Source: Pseudothioglobus sp. nBUS_23
GTDB lineage: Bacteria; Pseudomonadota; Gammaproteobacteria; PS1; Pseudothioglobaceae
Direction: 5' to 3'
DNA: 32,000 bases
NCBI RefSeq assembly: GCF_051201565.1
Contig: NZ_CP179200.1
Location: forward strand, 900,001-932,000
Positions within the stretch are counted from its first letter, which is position 1. Each line of letters opens with the position of its first letter. The notes beneath the pieces are model-generated. The model ran no database searches and had not been told where the DNA came from. It was given only the letters and a program-made list of their open reading frames with translations. The translations under genes were made by a program, and so were the position numbers. Of the stretch, positions 6,617 to 15,468 are shown piece after piece.

Positions 6617-9520
6617 ATGACTATCCAACATAAAACACTAATCGAGCAGCTCGTTTCAGATGCGAGAGACGCCCAAGAAATAATTAATCATTACTCTCAA
6701 GAACAGGTTGACGAATTAATTTTAGCAGTTGCCTGGGAGGTTATTCAGCCTGAAAACAACCAAGAGCTCTCTGAGATGGCGGTAAGCCAAACAGGTCTTG
6801 GAAATGTTGAGGATAAAAAGCGCAAAAATAGACGCAAAACTATTGGACTTTTAAGAGATTTAAAGGATGTCAAAACGGTCGGAATTATAGACGAGAATGT
6901 TCAAACTGGGATTATTGAAATTGCTAGGCCAGTTGGCGTTATAGGGGCTATTGTTCCGTCAACAAACCCTATTGCAACACCACTAAATAAAGTGATTAAT
7001 GCACTAAAGTGTAGAAACGCAATCATTCTAGCTCCATCCCCTAAAGGCGCCAAGGTCTGTTCAAGAGTTGTAGAATTAATACAAATTGCCTTAGTGCGTA
7101 TTGGAGCGCCAAAAAATATTGTCCAATCTTTGCTTGAACCGATTAGCAAAGAGGACACCAACGAATTATCTAATTTAGTTGATCTTATTGTAGCTACTGG
7201 ATCACAAAACAATATACAGCGAGCACTTCAAAGTGGAACGCCAACTCTCGGGGTAGGGGTTGGCAATGTTCCATCAATCATAGATGAGAGCGCGAATCTG
7301 GATGACGCTTCTCATAAAATTATGACTTCTAAAACATTTGACAATGCAACAAGCTGCTCTTCTGAGAATAGCATCGTTGTCCATGAAAAGGTCTATGACT
7401 CTATGATTAGTCGTCTCATTGAAGAGGGAGGCTCACTTTTGAATGGTGATGAGAAACTAAAACTTCAAGGCACCATGTGGAATGATAGAGGGGTGATTAA
7501 TCGTGATGTTATTGCAAAAAGAGCTGCTGAAATTGCTAAGCTAAGTGGCCTTAGTAGCAATCATCTTGATTCAAAATTTTTAATGGTTGAGGAGCAATAT
7601 ATTGGCTCAAGCTACCCATTCTCAATGGAAAAATTATCACCAGTTTTGACTGTTTACAAAGCCAAAGACTTTGATCATGCTGTCAACATCGCAAAGGACA
7701 TTCTGAATAATCAAGGCAGAGGACACTCCTGCAGTATCCACAGTCAAAATGAAGATAACATCTTTAAACTGGGCCAAGAGCTCCCAGTCTGCAGAATCAT
7801 CGTCAATCAAGCGCATTGCTTTGCAACCGGAGGCAACTTCGATAATGGACTGCCATTCTCGTTGTCGATGGGTTGTGGAACCTGGGGCAACAATGTTACC
7901 GATGAAAACTTAAATTATAAGCACTACCTGAATACTACCAAGATAGTTAAAACTATAAAAAATAATGAGCCCTCAGAAAAGGATATTTTTTCTAGTTACT
8001 GGAAAAAATATTCTCTTGAGCACTCAACAATCACCGAATTGGTCGATCAATTTGCAAATGAAACACCGAACAAAAACTATTTGATTGATGCAGACCTCGA
8101 TCTATATGTTACGTATAGCCAATTACAAAAAGATATTTCGAATCTAGGTGCTTATTTTGAAGAAAACAACATCAAAGCAAACGACAAGGTTGGTTTTATG
8201 CTTGATAACGGTTACGCCTCAACTTTATTGTTTATAGGTGCCATGTATCATGGTGTTGTCATTGTTCCATTAAATGTTTTAGCTGGCTCAAAGCAGATTA
8301 ATTACACAATTGATCACTCTGAATGTAAGCTTATCTTTTCATCAAATTTCTATATTTCAAAATTCAAAACTATTTTAGAATCATCAAATGCAAGAGTTGT
8401 TCAGTATAGCGGGATTGAGAGCCTTACTTTTGCAAAGCAAACAAGTGTCCATTTGACTCCTACTCAGCCTAATTCACCAGCAGTTTTGATTTATACTTCA
8501 GGAACAACAGGGGTCCCTAAGGGCGCTCTTTTATCTCACAAAAATGTGCTTTCAGGAGGAAGAAATACTGCACTTGCGCATGAGGTTGTTTCAACTGATA
8601 TCTCTTTTTGTGTTCTTCCTTTGTACCACATTAACGCTGAGATGGTATCGATTGCAAGCGCTCTTGTAAGCAACAGCTGCGTGGTCACAGTTGGAAAGTT
8701 TAGTGTCAGTAATTTCTGGCAAATTATTGAAAAATATCAGTGCACGTGGTTCAGCGTAGTTCCGACCATTATTAACTATCTTTTAAATGACGACTTTGAT
8801 GTTAAGACTTTGAATTTGAAGAATCTCCGCTTTGGGCGATCAGCATCAGCACCTTTGTCTCCAGAGGTTCACAAAAAATTTGAAAAAACCTTTAACATAA
8901 AGATTATTGAGACAATGGGTCTTACTGAAACAGCTGCTCAAATTCTTTCCAACCCACCTAGTGGAGGCAAGCATGGATCTGCAGGGAAGGCTTATGGAAA
9001 CGAAGTCAGAATCATTGATGATCAGGGGAATTATCTATCCGCTGGCACAACAGGAGAGTTGGTCATTAAGGGTGATAATGTGCTCTTAGAGTATTTCAAA
9101 AATGAGGAAGCTACAACTGGTGCTTTTAGCGAAGATGGCTATTTTTTAACTGGAGATCTCGGTGTCGAAGATGATGAAGGTTTCTTTTTTATTACCGGTA
9201 GAAAAAAAGAACTCATAATTAAAGGTGGCGAAAATATTTCTCCTAGAGAGATTGATGACACGCTTTATAAACATAATGCAGTCCTAGAAGCATGCACATT
9301 CGGTATTGAAGATGACAACTATGGCGAAGAAATATCGGCCTGTGTTTACTTGAAGGACGATCTTGTTGCCAATGAAGCAGAGCTTTTAGATTTATGTAAA
9401 GCAGATCTCGGAGAATACAAGACGCCCAGACAAATTATTTTTGTTGATGAGCCTTTACCAAAAGGTCCCTCTGGAAAAATTCAAAGACTTAAGATTGCAA
9501 GTCAATACAGAAGCGCTTAG
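6617..9520 (+). CDS. Bifunctional fusion: CoA-acylating aldehyde dehydrogenase (N-terminal ~450 aa) + AMP-forming acyl-CoA ligase (C-terminal ~500 aa)
   Basis: One uninterrupted 967-aa ORF. The N-terminal half has the AdhE-N/EutE/PduP-type block TSKTFDNATSCSSENSIVV with the catalytic Cys. The C-terminal half has the ANL motifs LIYTSGTTGVPKGALLSH, ETMGLTET, TGDLG, GRKKELIIKGGENISPREID and PKGPSGKIQR. Confidence 0.85.
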   Translation: MTIQHKTLIEQLVSDARDAQEIINHYSQEQVDELILAVAWEVIQPENNQELSEMAVSQTGLGNVEDKKRKNRRKTIGLLRDLKDVKTVGIIDENVQTGIIEIARPVGVIGAIVPSTNPIATPLNKVINALKCRNAIILAPSPKGAKVCSRVVELIQIALVRIGAPKNIVQSLLEPISKEDTNELSNLVDLIVATGSQNNIQRALQSGTPTLGVGVGNVPSIIDESANLDDASHKIMTSKTFDNATSCSSENSIVVHEKVYDSMISRLIEEGGSLLNGDEKLKLQGTMWNDRGVINRDVIAKRAAEIAKLSGLSSNHLDSKFLMVEEQYIGSSYPFSMEKLSPVLTVYKAKDFDHAVNIAKDILNNQGRGHSCSIHSQNEDNIFKLGQELPVCRIIVNQAHCFATGGNFDNGLPFSLSMGCGTWGNNVTDENLNYKHYLNTTKIVKTIKNNEPSEKDIFSSYWKKYSLEHSTITELVDQFANETPNKNYLIDADLDLYVTYSQLQKDISNLGAYFEENNIKANDKVGFMLDNGYASTLLFIGAMYHGVVIVPLNVLAGSKQINYTIDHSECKLIFSSNFYISKFKTILESSNARVVQYSGIESLTFAKQTSVHLTPTQPNSPAVLIYTSGTTGVPKGALLSHKNVLSGGRNTALAHEVVSTDISFCVLPLYHINAEMVSIASALVSNSCVVTVGKFSVSNFWQIIEKYQCTWFSVVPTIINYLLNDDFDVKTLNLKNLRFGRSASAPLSPEVHKKFEKTFNIKIIETMGLTETAAQILSNPPSGGKHGSAGKAYGNEVRIIDDQGNYLSAGTTGELVIKGDNVLLEYFKNEEATTGAFSEDGYFLTGDLGVEDDEGFFFITGRKKELIIKGGENISPREIDDTLYKHNAVLEACTFGIEDDNYGEEISACVYLKDDLVANEAELLDLCKADLGEYKTPRQIIFVDEPLPKGPSGKIQRLKIASQYRSA

Positions 9521-9599
9521 GCTAACAATCTAGTTCACTCAAGAGATCAAAGAATTTACATTTTCGGGTAAACTATGCTTATCGAAATGAGGTACGTTG

Positions 9600-10562
9600 A
9601 TGGCACTACTTGATGATTTAGCTCGCAAGGCTAAAATTAAAAATTCTCGAATTTTATTACCAGAATGCTCTGATCCAAGAGTCTTAGAAGCTGCCCATCT
9701 GATTTCGGAAAAAAATTTAGCTCAAATCGTACTTTTTGATGAAGAGACAGCATCTTCTTTAGGTGTAAGTTCAATCAACCTAAAAAACGAAGATTTGAGG
9801 CTCGAATATGCTCAAACATTGTTTGAGCTTAGAAAGCATAAAGGCGTCACTCTTGAATCCGCATTAGAAATGCTTTCAAGCCCCAGTGTTTGTGCTATGG
9901 TTGCATTGCATAGATCTGAGGTTGATGGCGTTGTCACCGGTGCGATCACTCCGAGCCAGGAAGTTTTGAGTAGCGCTCTCAGAATCATTGGAGTCTCTGA
10001 GAGTAGCAGTCTTGTTTCAAGTTTGTTTTTAATGGTTTTTGATAAAGACCACAAAAGATACGGCGAAAACTTAATTTTTACAGATTGCGCCATGAATATT
10101 TCGCCAAGCTCTGATGAACTTGCTGAGATTGCTTGTAACGCATATGAGACGGCCCAATCTTTTCTGGATGAAGATCCGAAGCTCGCAATGCTCTCTTTTT
10201 CTACTAATCAGAGCGCTAAGCATAGTGAGGTAGACAAAGTTAGGCAGGCCACTGAAATTGTAAGATCTAGGCTTCCAAGTGCCCAAATCATTGGAAATGT
10301 GCAGTTGGATGCAGCGCTTGATTCAGAGGTGCTAAAGATTAAAGACTCTGATTCCTCTTTTCCAACACCTGCCAATGTCTTTGTCTTTCCCAATCTAGAT
10401 GCAGGCAACATTGGTTACAAACTCGTTCAGCGATTCTCTGGAGCCAAAGCAATTGGCCCTATTCTTCAAGGGCTATCCAAGCCCGTGAATGATTTATCTA
10501 GAGGTTGCAGCGTTGATGAAATTGTGAATACAGTTGTTGTAACAGCGAACCAGGTTAAGTAG
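9600..10562 (+). CDS. pta: Phosphate acetyltransferase, short PTA_PTB-only type
   Basis: About 320 aa. Blocks: ILLPECSDPRVLEAA, FTDCAMNISP, FPNLDAGNIGYKLVQR and LSRGCSVDEIVNTVVVTA. I prefer ATG 9600 (GAGG SD 7 nt upstream) to the track's TTG at 9597. There is no terminator between it and the fusion gene. Confidence 0.85.
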   Translation: MALLDDLARKAKIKNSRILLPECSDPRVLEAAHLISEKNLAQIVLFDEETASSLGVSSINLKNEDLRLEYAQTLFELRKHKGVTLESALEMLSSPSVCAMVALHRSEVDGVVTGAITPSQEVLSSALRIIGVSESSSLVSSLFLMVFDKDHKRYGENLIFTDCAMNISPSSDELAEIACNAYETAQSFLDEDPKLAMLSFSTNQSAKHSEVDKVRQATEIVRSRLPSAQIIGNVQLDAALDSEVLKIKDSDSSFPTPANVFVFPNLDAGNIGYKLVQRFSGAKAIGPILQGLSKPVNDLSRGCSVDEIVNTVVVTANQVK

Positions 10563-10564
10563 GC

Positions 10565-12184
10565 TTACATTCCAATATAGTTTGGTCCACCTCCACCTTC
10601 GGGTGGCGTCCAGTTGATGTTTTGAGAGGGGTCTTTGATGTCACAAGTCTTACAGTGAAGACAGTTTTGAGCATTAATTTGAAAATAGTCTTCACCTTCC
10701 TTATCAATGATCTCATAAACGCCTGCAGGGCAATACCTCTGAGCTGGTTCATCAAAGAGCTCTTTGTTTCGAGTGAGAGGAATCGACGGGTCAGTCAGCT
10801 TAAGGTGAACAGGTTGATCTTCTTCGTGATTTGTTCCGGATAGGAACAAAGATGAAGTTATATCAAAACTAAGAACGTTGTCAGGAGCAGGGTACTCTTT
10901 CGCATAAAGAGGATTGTTTAGGTTCAAAGAATCACAATCTCTTTGCTCATCTTTAATCGTAAAAGGCAATGCGTTTCTAAAGATATTAGACTCGATAAAA
11001 TTGTATGCAGCACCCACATAAAAACCAAACTTATGCATTGCGGCACTAAAGTTTCTAGATTTATAGAGCTCCTGATAAAGAGAGCTGCCTTTGAACAAAT
11101 CATCAAAATCACAGATTTCTTCGTTGAGAATCTTATGGATATATTCTGCAGCAAGAATTCCTGACTGAAGAGCGCAATGACTACCCTTTATTTTGCTAGG
11201 ATTGAGTGTTCCAGCGTCACACCCAATAATCATCCCTCCATTAAAGTCCATCTTAACAAGAGAATTGATTCCACCCTTAGTGATAGCTCTAGCTCCATAT
11301 GAAACCCGCTTACCTGAATCTAAAAACTGTTTAATCTTTGGATGCTTCTTAAATTGTTGAAATTCTTGGAATGGGCTGTGACTTGGATTTGTATAGTTTA
11401 AATCAATAATCAAGCCTACTGCCACTCTCTTATTATCAAAATGATATAGAAAGCCACCACCAGTCGTCCCTTCATTTAATGGCCAACCCATTGTATGAAC
11501 GACATCTCCTGGGCTGTGATTATCATTATCTACTTCCCAGACTTCTTTAAAGCCAATAGCAAAGTGTTGTGGCGTTTTGCCTTCATCAAGATTAAACTCT
11601 CTGATTAATTGTTTTCCAAGATGACCTCTTGCACCTTCAGCAAAAATGGTCTGCTTAGCAAGAATGTCCATTCCAGGCGTGTAAGTTCCTTTTTGATTAC
11701 CTTCTTTATCAATTCCCATGTCGCCTGTGGATATTCCAATAACTCTGCCACTTTCATCTTTTAAGTAGCTTTGTGCAGGAAATCCTGGAAAGATATCAAC
11801 GCCTAACTCCATTGCTTTCTCTGAAATCCATTGGCAAAGCTCGCCTAAAGAAATAATATAGTTTCCTTTGTTGTGAAGGCTTTTAGGCATGAGCCATGAA
11901 GGCACTTTGATGCTTTTATTTTCTCCTGTTAACCAAAAGAGATCATCTTTTGCAACCGGAGTTTTAAGTGTGGGGCAATCTTTAGCGTCATCAGGAAAGA
12001 GATCAAAAAGTGTTTTAGGCTCAAAGACTGCACCTGAAAGAATATGAGAACCAATTTCAGATCCTTTTTCAAGAAGACAAACTGAAAGGTTGGGGTTGAG
12101 TTGTTTGAGTTTGCAAGCAGAAGCAAGACCAGAGGGTCCACCTCCAACTATCACTACATCATATTCAATAGATTCTCTTTCCAT
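10565..12184 (-). CDS. Electron-transfer flavoprotein:ubiquinone oxidoreductase (ETF-QO)
   Basis: 539 aa. It has an FAD fold (DVVIVGGGPSGL) and a C-terminal 4Fe-4S region (CPAGVYE...NAQNCLHCKTCDIKDP...NWTPPEGGGGPNY). Confidence 0.92.
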   Translation of the reverse strand: MERESIEYDVVIVGGGPSGLASACKLKQLNPNLSVCLLEKGSEIGSHILSGAVFEPKTLFDLFPDDAKDCPTLKTPVAKDDLFWLTGENKSIKVPSWLMPKSLHNKGNYIISLGELCQWISEKAMELGVDIFPGFPAQSYLKDESGRVIGISTGDMGIDKEGNQKGTYTPGMDILAKQTIFAEGARGHLGKQLIREFNLDEGKTPQHFAIGFKEVWEVDNDNHSPGDVVHTMGWPLNEGTTGGGFLYHFDNKRVAVGLIIDLNYTNPSHSPFQEFQQFKKHPKIKQFLDSGKRVSYGARAITKGGINSLVKMDFNGGMIIGCDAGTLNPSKIKGSHCALQSGILAAEYIHKILNEEICDFDDLFKGSSLYQELYKSRNFSAAMHKFGFYVGAAYNFIESNIFRNALPFTIKDEQRDCDSLNLNNPLYAKEYPAPDNVLSFDITSSLFLSGTNHEEDQPVHLKLTDPSIPLTRNKELFDEPAQRYCPAGVYEIIDKEGEDYFQINAQNCLHCKTCDIKDPSQNINWTPPEGGGGPNYIGM

Positions 12185-12195
12185 TAACTATTATT

Positions 12196-13122
12196 TTATA
12201 CCTGATAAGCGTTCAGCTCATTGAGAGCATCAAATAAATCCACTTGCCAAACTAAATCTGCCATTCTAGACATTGGAGCATCAGGGTCATTATTAATCAC
12301 CACGATAACTTGGGAGTCTTTCATGCCTGCAAGGTGCTGTATAGCCCCGGAAATACCAACTGCCAGATAGAGTTTTGGAGCAACAACTTTACCTGTTTGA
12401 CCAACCTGATAATCATTCGAGATAAAACCAGCATCTACTGCAGCTCTGGAAGCACCAACTGCTGCATCTAGTTTGTCAGCTAGCTGTTCAATCAGGGCAA
12501 AGTTTTCTTTAGAGCCAAGGCCTCTTCCACCAGATACTATTCGCTCTGCTGTGGTTAACTCAGGTCGCTCAGACTCAGACTCTTGTAAAGAAATAAACTC
12601 TGAATTAGATCCTGGCATTGAGGCAGAAATTGTTTCAACAGATGCTGAACCACCATCTCCAGAATGCTCAAAAGCAGTTGCTCTGACAGTCATTACAATT
12701 GTTTCGTCAGATGACTCAACCGTTGCCATAACGTTTCCAGCATAAAGAGGACGAACAAATGTATTATTCGATTTAATTTCACAGACGTCTGAAATTGGTT
12801 GAACATCCAAAAGGGCGCCTACACGAGGCAAAATATTTTTACTGTATGTTGAAGAACCTGAAATCAAGAAGCTATAGCCACTCATGACATCCGCGATAAG
12901 TTTGCTAGCCACTTCAACGTTAGCATTCTCAAGCGAATCATCCACAATCATCTTTACTGTATTGATTCCAGCGAGTGATGAAACAGACGAAGAATTCGAA
13001 GCGTCATTCGTAAGAACTATTGCATCAATTGTGTCCGACAGTTGAGAGGCGGCCGTGATAGCTGCTCTACTATTTGCGCTAACTTCTGAGCCATTAAGCT
13101 CAATTAATATGAGTGCTGACAT
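12196..13122 (-). CDS. etfA: Electron transfer flavoprotein alpha subunit
   Basis: 308 aa. The C-terminal FAD-binding block is [46 protein letters not shown]. Its start overlaps the etfB stop by 1 nt (TAATG). Confidence 0.92.
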   Translation of the reverse strand: MSALILIELNGSEVSANSRAAITAASQLSDTIDAIVLTNDASNSSSVSSLAGINTVKMIVDDSLENANVEVASKLIADVMSGYSFLISGSSTYSKNILPRVGALLDVQPISDVCEIKSNNTFVRPLYAGNVMATVESSDETIVMTVRATAFEHSGDGGSASVETISASMPGSNSEFISLQESESERPELTTAERIVSGGRGLGSKENFALIEQLADKLDAAVGASRAAVDAGFISNDYQVGQTGKVVAPKLYLAVGISGAIQHLAGMKDSQVIVVINNDPDAPMSRMADLVWQVDLFDALNELNAYQV

Positions 13123-13883
13123 TAAAGAACTCCCATTTGATTTAATTCATTAAATAGCTCTTCAGCAGAACTAATCTGCTTTGAAGCTCTGTCCTTAGTA
13201 CCAGACTCCTCAACGCTAACCACTTTAATTCGAGGAGCTGTATCTATTTCAAGACTTGATAGCTCAATTGTTTCTAGAGGTTTGGATCTGGCTTTCATGA
13301 TGTTGGGTAGTGAAGCATACCTAGGCTCGTTTAGTCGAAGATCAACAGTCACAATGGCAGGTAGATTTAGTTTTCTTGTTTCAATACCTGAATCTATTTC
13401 GCGACACACTTCAACGCTGCTAGCATCAGCGCTCAAATCAAACTTTGAAATGAAAGTGCCTAGAGAATAGTCAATCAATCCAGATAACATTTGCCCAGTT
13501 TGATTGTTATCATTGTCAACAGCTTGCTTGCCCATGATGACGAGTTGTGCTTCTTCTCGTTTAATAATATTTGCCAAAATCTTAGCAACATGAAGCGGCT
13601 GCAAGTCTAGTTCCGAGTCAGTCTTCACAAATATAGCGCGGTCAACACCCATCGCTAGTGCGGTTCTTAGAGTATCCACTGTCTTGTCAGTTCCAATGCT
13701 CACTGCAATTGTCTCTGATGCTGAGCCGCTTTCTTTTAATGTTAGGGCCTCTTCGACAGCAATTTCACAAAACGGATTCATCGCCATTTTGGCATTGGTT
13801 AAGTCGACTTGTTGAGTTTGGTTGTTAACTCTGGCTTGAGTGTAAGGGTCAAGAACTCTTTTAACTGGGATGATTATTTTCAT
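13122..13883 (-). CDS. etfB: Electron transfer flavoprotein beta subunit
   Basis: 253 aa. N-terminus MKIIIPVKRVLDPYTQ..., NPFCEIAVEEAL and MGKQAVDNDNNQTGQML are typical EtfB blocks. Confidence 0.92.
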   Translation of the reverse strand: MKIIIPVKRVLDPYTQARVNNQTQQVDLTNAKMAMNPFCEIAVEEALTLKESGSASETIAVSIGTDKTVDTLRTALAMGVDRAIFVKTDSELDLQPLHVAKILANIIKREEAQLVIMGKQAVDNDNNQTGQMLSGLIDYSLGTFISKFDLSADASSVEVCREIDSGIETRKLNLPAIVTVDLRLNEPRYASLPNIMKARSKPLETIELSSLEIDTAPRIKVVSVEESGTKDRASKQISSAEELFNELNQMGVL

Positions 13884-14013
13884 ATTAGATTATAAAATTC
13901 ATTACAAAACCCGCGAATAATACCATATTAAAAACTTTTGTCTATAAGTTGAAAACACTATTTTTAAGTGCAAATTATTCATAGCCTAATGGTTTGATTA
14001 TTATTGAGTATTT

Positions 14014-15468
14014 TCATTTTAAAGGAAATCTTAGTTTGGCCTCTGCGCCTTGCTGTATAAAGCGGTTTTGGAGACTTACTTCGCCGCCATGAAGCTTCAT
14101 TATCTTGCGAACAAATCTGAGTCCTAGGCCATTACCTCTAACTCCAGTATCTGGTCTTGAAACTGAGAAGAACCTTGTAAATAGTTTGTTGATGACTTGA
14201 GGTGGAATTCCTGGCCCATCATCTAAAAAAATGATTGAAATAGCAGCGTTTGTTTGAGATGCTTTAATGGTAATCGTTCCAGAAGAGGGGCTAAAGTCCA
14301 GAGCATTATTTACAATGTTTCCAATTGCTTGCTCAAGAAGAATTTTTTCGGCCTTGAGTGACGCACTTGAATTAATTTGAATATCGATCTTTAGCTCTTT
14401 ATCATCGATAGTTTTTTTGCGACTTGGCGCTTTTAAAACAGTATTAACAACTTCCCTGATATTTAATGTTTCAACGTTTTTGAGTGCCTCTCGACGCTCA
14501 ATCCTTGACAGGTCTAAGAGCCTATTTACTAATAAATCCATATGCTTATTTGATTCTAGAATGTTTTCAACAAAGCGCTTTCTTTGTTCATCCGACATTG
14601 GGCTTAAGAGGTTTTCAGCGGTAAGTTGTATACCTGTTATTGGGGTTCTTAGCTCGTGTGCAAGGGTGTCAATGTATTGCTCTACATCGTCCTTAAGCTC
14701 AACATCAGCTCGAGCATCTCTTATAGATCTGGCAAGCTTATTGAACTGATTATTAAGGTCAGGCATTAGAACATCTTCGCCACTAAAAAGGTTTGATGTA
14801 TATTTTTGAACTCTATTAATATTTCTTGATATTCGATAGCTACCTAAAAAACCAAAAAGCAAGGCAATAACGAATATATAGAAAATAAACCTCAAAAGAT
14901 AGTTCTCGCCCATTAGGTCGATTAGGGGTGCAACAACGACAACAGCGCCTAAAATTTCACCTTTGTCACCATAAATTGGATTGGAGGCATTTAAATATCT
15001 AGATTTAATGAAATACTCTATCACGGCGCCTCTAGCTTTTCGGCTACCTCGAGTCTCCTCAATAATGATATTGGTTGTATCTGAAACGCCACTGAGTGCA
15101 GACTCTACCTCATTAATATCTCTCATATCTGTACCCAGGGTCAGCCCTCTTGAGTCGAGGACTAAAAGGCCGTCCTTGTTAGTCACATAAATCGCAAGAT
15201 TTTCTAATTTTTGAGGGTTATTTTTATCAATTGTGTTTCGCTGAGAACGAAGATAGTTCACAATCAGAGTTTCAAAAGTTTCTAAATCAATCTCGCCATC
15301 TTTGTTGTTCTGCGAGGCAACTCGACTCATAAGACTAGAGACCTCAATCACTACCGATTTTGCAGACTCAAAGGTGGTTCTCTGGGCAAAAACCCATAGG
15401 AGGCTAGAAGTTACAATAAAGTAGAGAAGAAATAGTTTTGTACCAATATTGAGCCTAAAGCGCTTCAT
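14014..15468 (-). CDS. Two-component sensor histidine kinase (CreC-like)
   Basis: 484 aa with two TM segments flanking a periplasmic domain of about 170 aa. It has the H-box TLAHELRTPITGI and an HATPase_c domain (DDGPGIP, GLGLRFV). The dimerisation-region pattern (RFVENILESNKHMDLLVNRLLDLSRIERRE) resembles CreC from memory. It overlaps the regulator gene by 4 nt (ATGA). Confidence 0.85.
   Translation of the reverse strand: MKRFRLNIGTKLFLLYFIVTSSLLWVFAQRTTFESAKSVVIEVSSLMSRVASQNNKDGEIDLETFETLIVNYLRSQRNTIDKNNPQKLENLAIYVTNKDGLLVLDSRGLTLGTDMRDINEVESALSGVSDTTNIIIEETRGSRKARGAVIEYFIKSRYLNASNPIYGDKGEILGAVVVVAPLIDLMGENYLLRFIFYIFVIALLFGFLGSYRISRNINRVQKYTSNLFSGEDVLMPDLNNQFNKLARSIRDARADVELKDDVEQYIDTLAHELRTPITGIQLTAENLLSPMSDEQRKRFVENILESNKHMDLLVNRLLDLSRIERREALKNVETLNIREVVNTVLKAPSRKKTIDDKELKIDIQINSSASLKAEKILLEQAIGNIVNNALDFSPSSGTITIKASQTNAAISIIFLDDGPGIPPQVINKLFTRFFSVSRPDTGVRGNGLGLRFVRKIMKLHGGEVSLQNRFIQQGAEAKLRFPLK

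Noticed and set aside
2454-12745. Numerous 60-110-aa ORFs embedded in or antisense to the large genes (for example 2454-2639, 3968-4168, 5457-5654, 6901-7212, 8907-9089, 9812-10411, 10555-11164, 11929-12147, 12473-12745). Later examples lie at 13282-13470, 14417-15190, 16915-17112, 21865-22692, 23717-24658, 25711-25905, 28487-28675 and 29835-30020.
   Set aside because: Each lies wholly inside a longer ORF that carries unambiguous family motifs. None has an SD or a recognisable domain, so they are treated as frame shadows.
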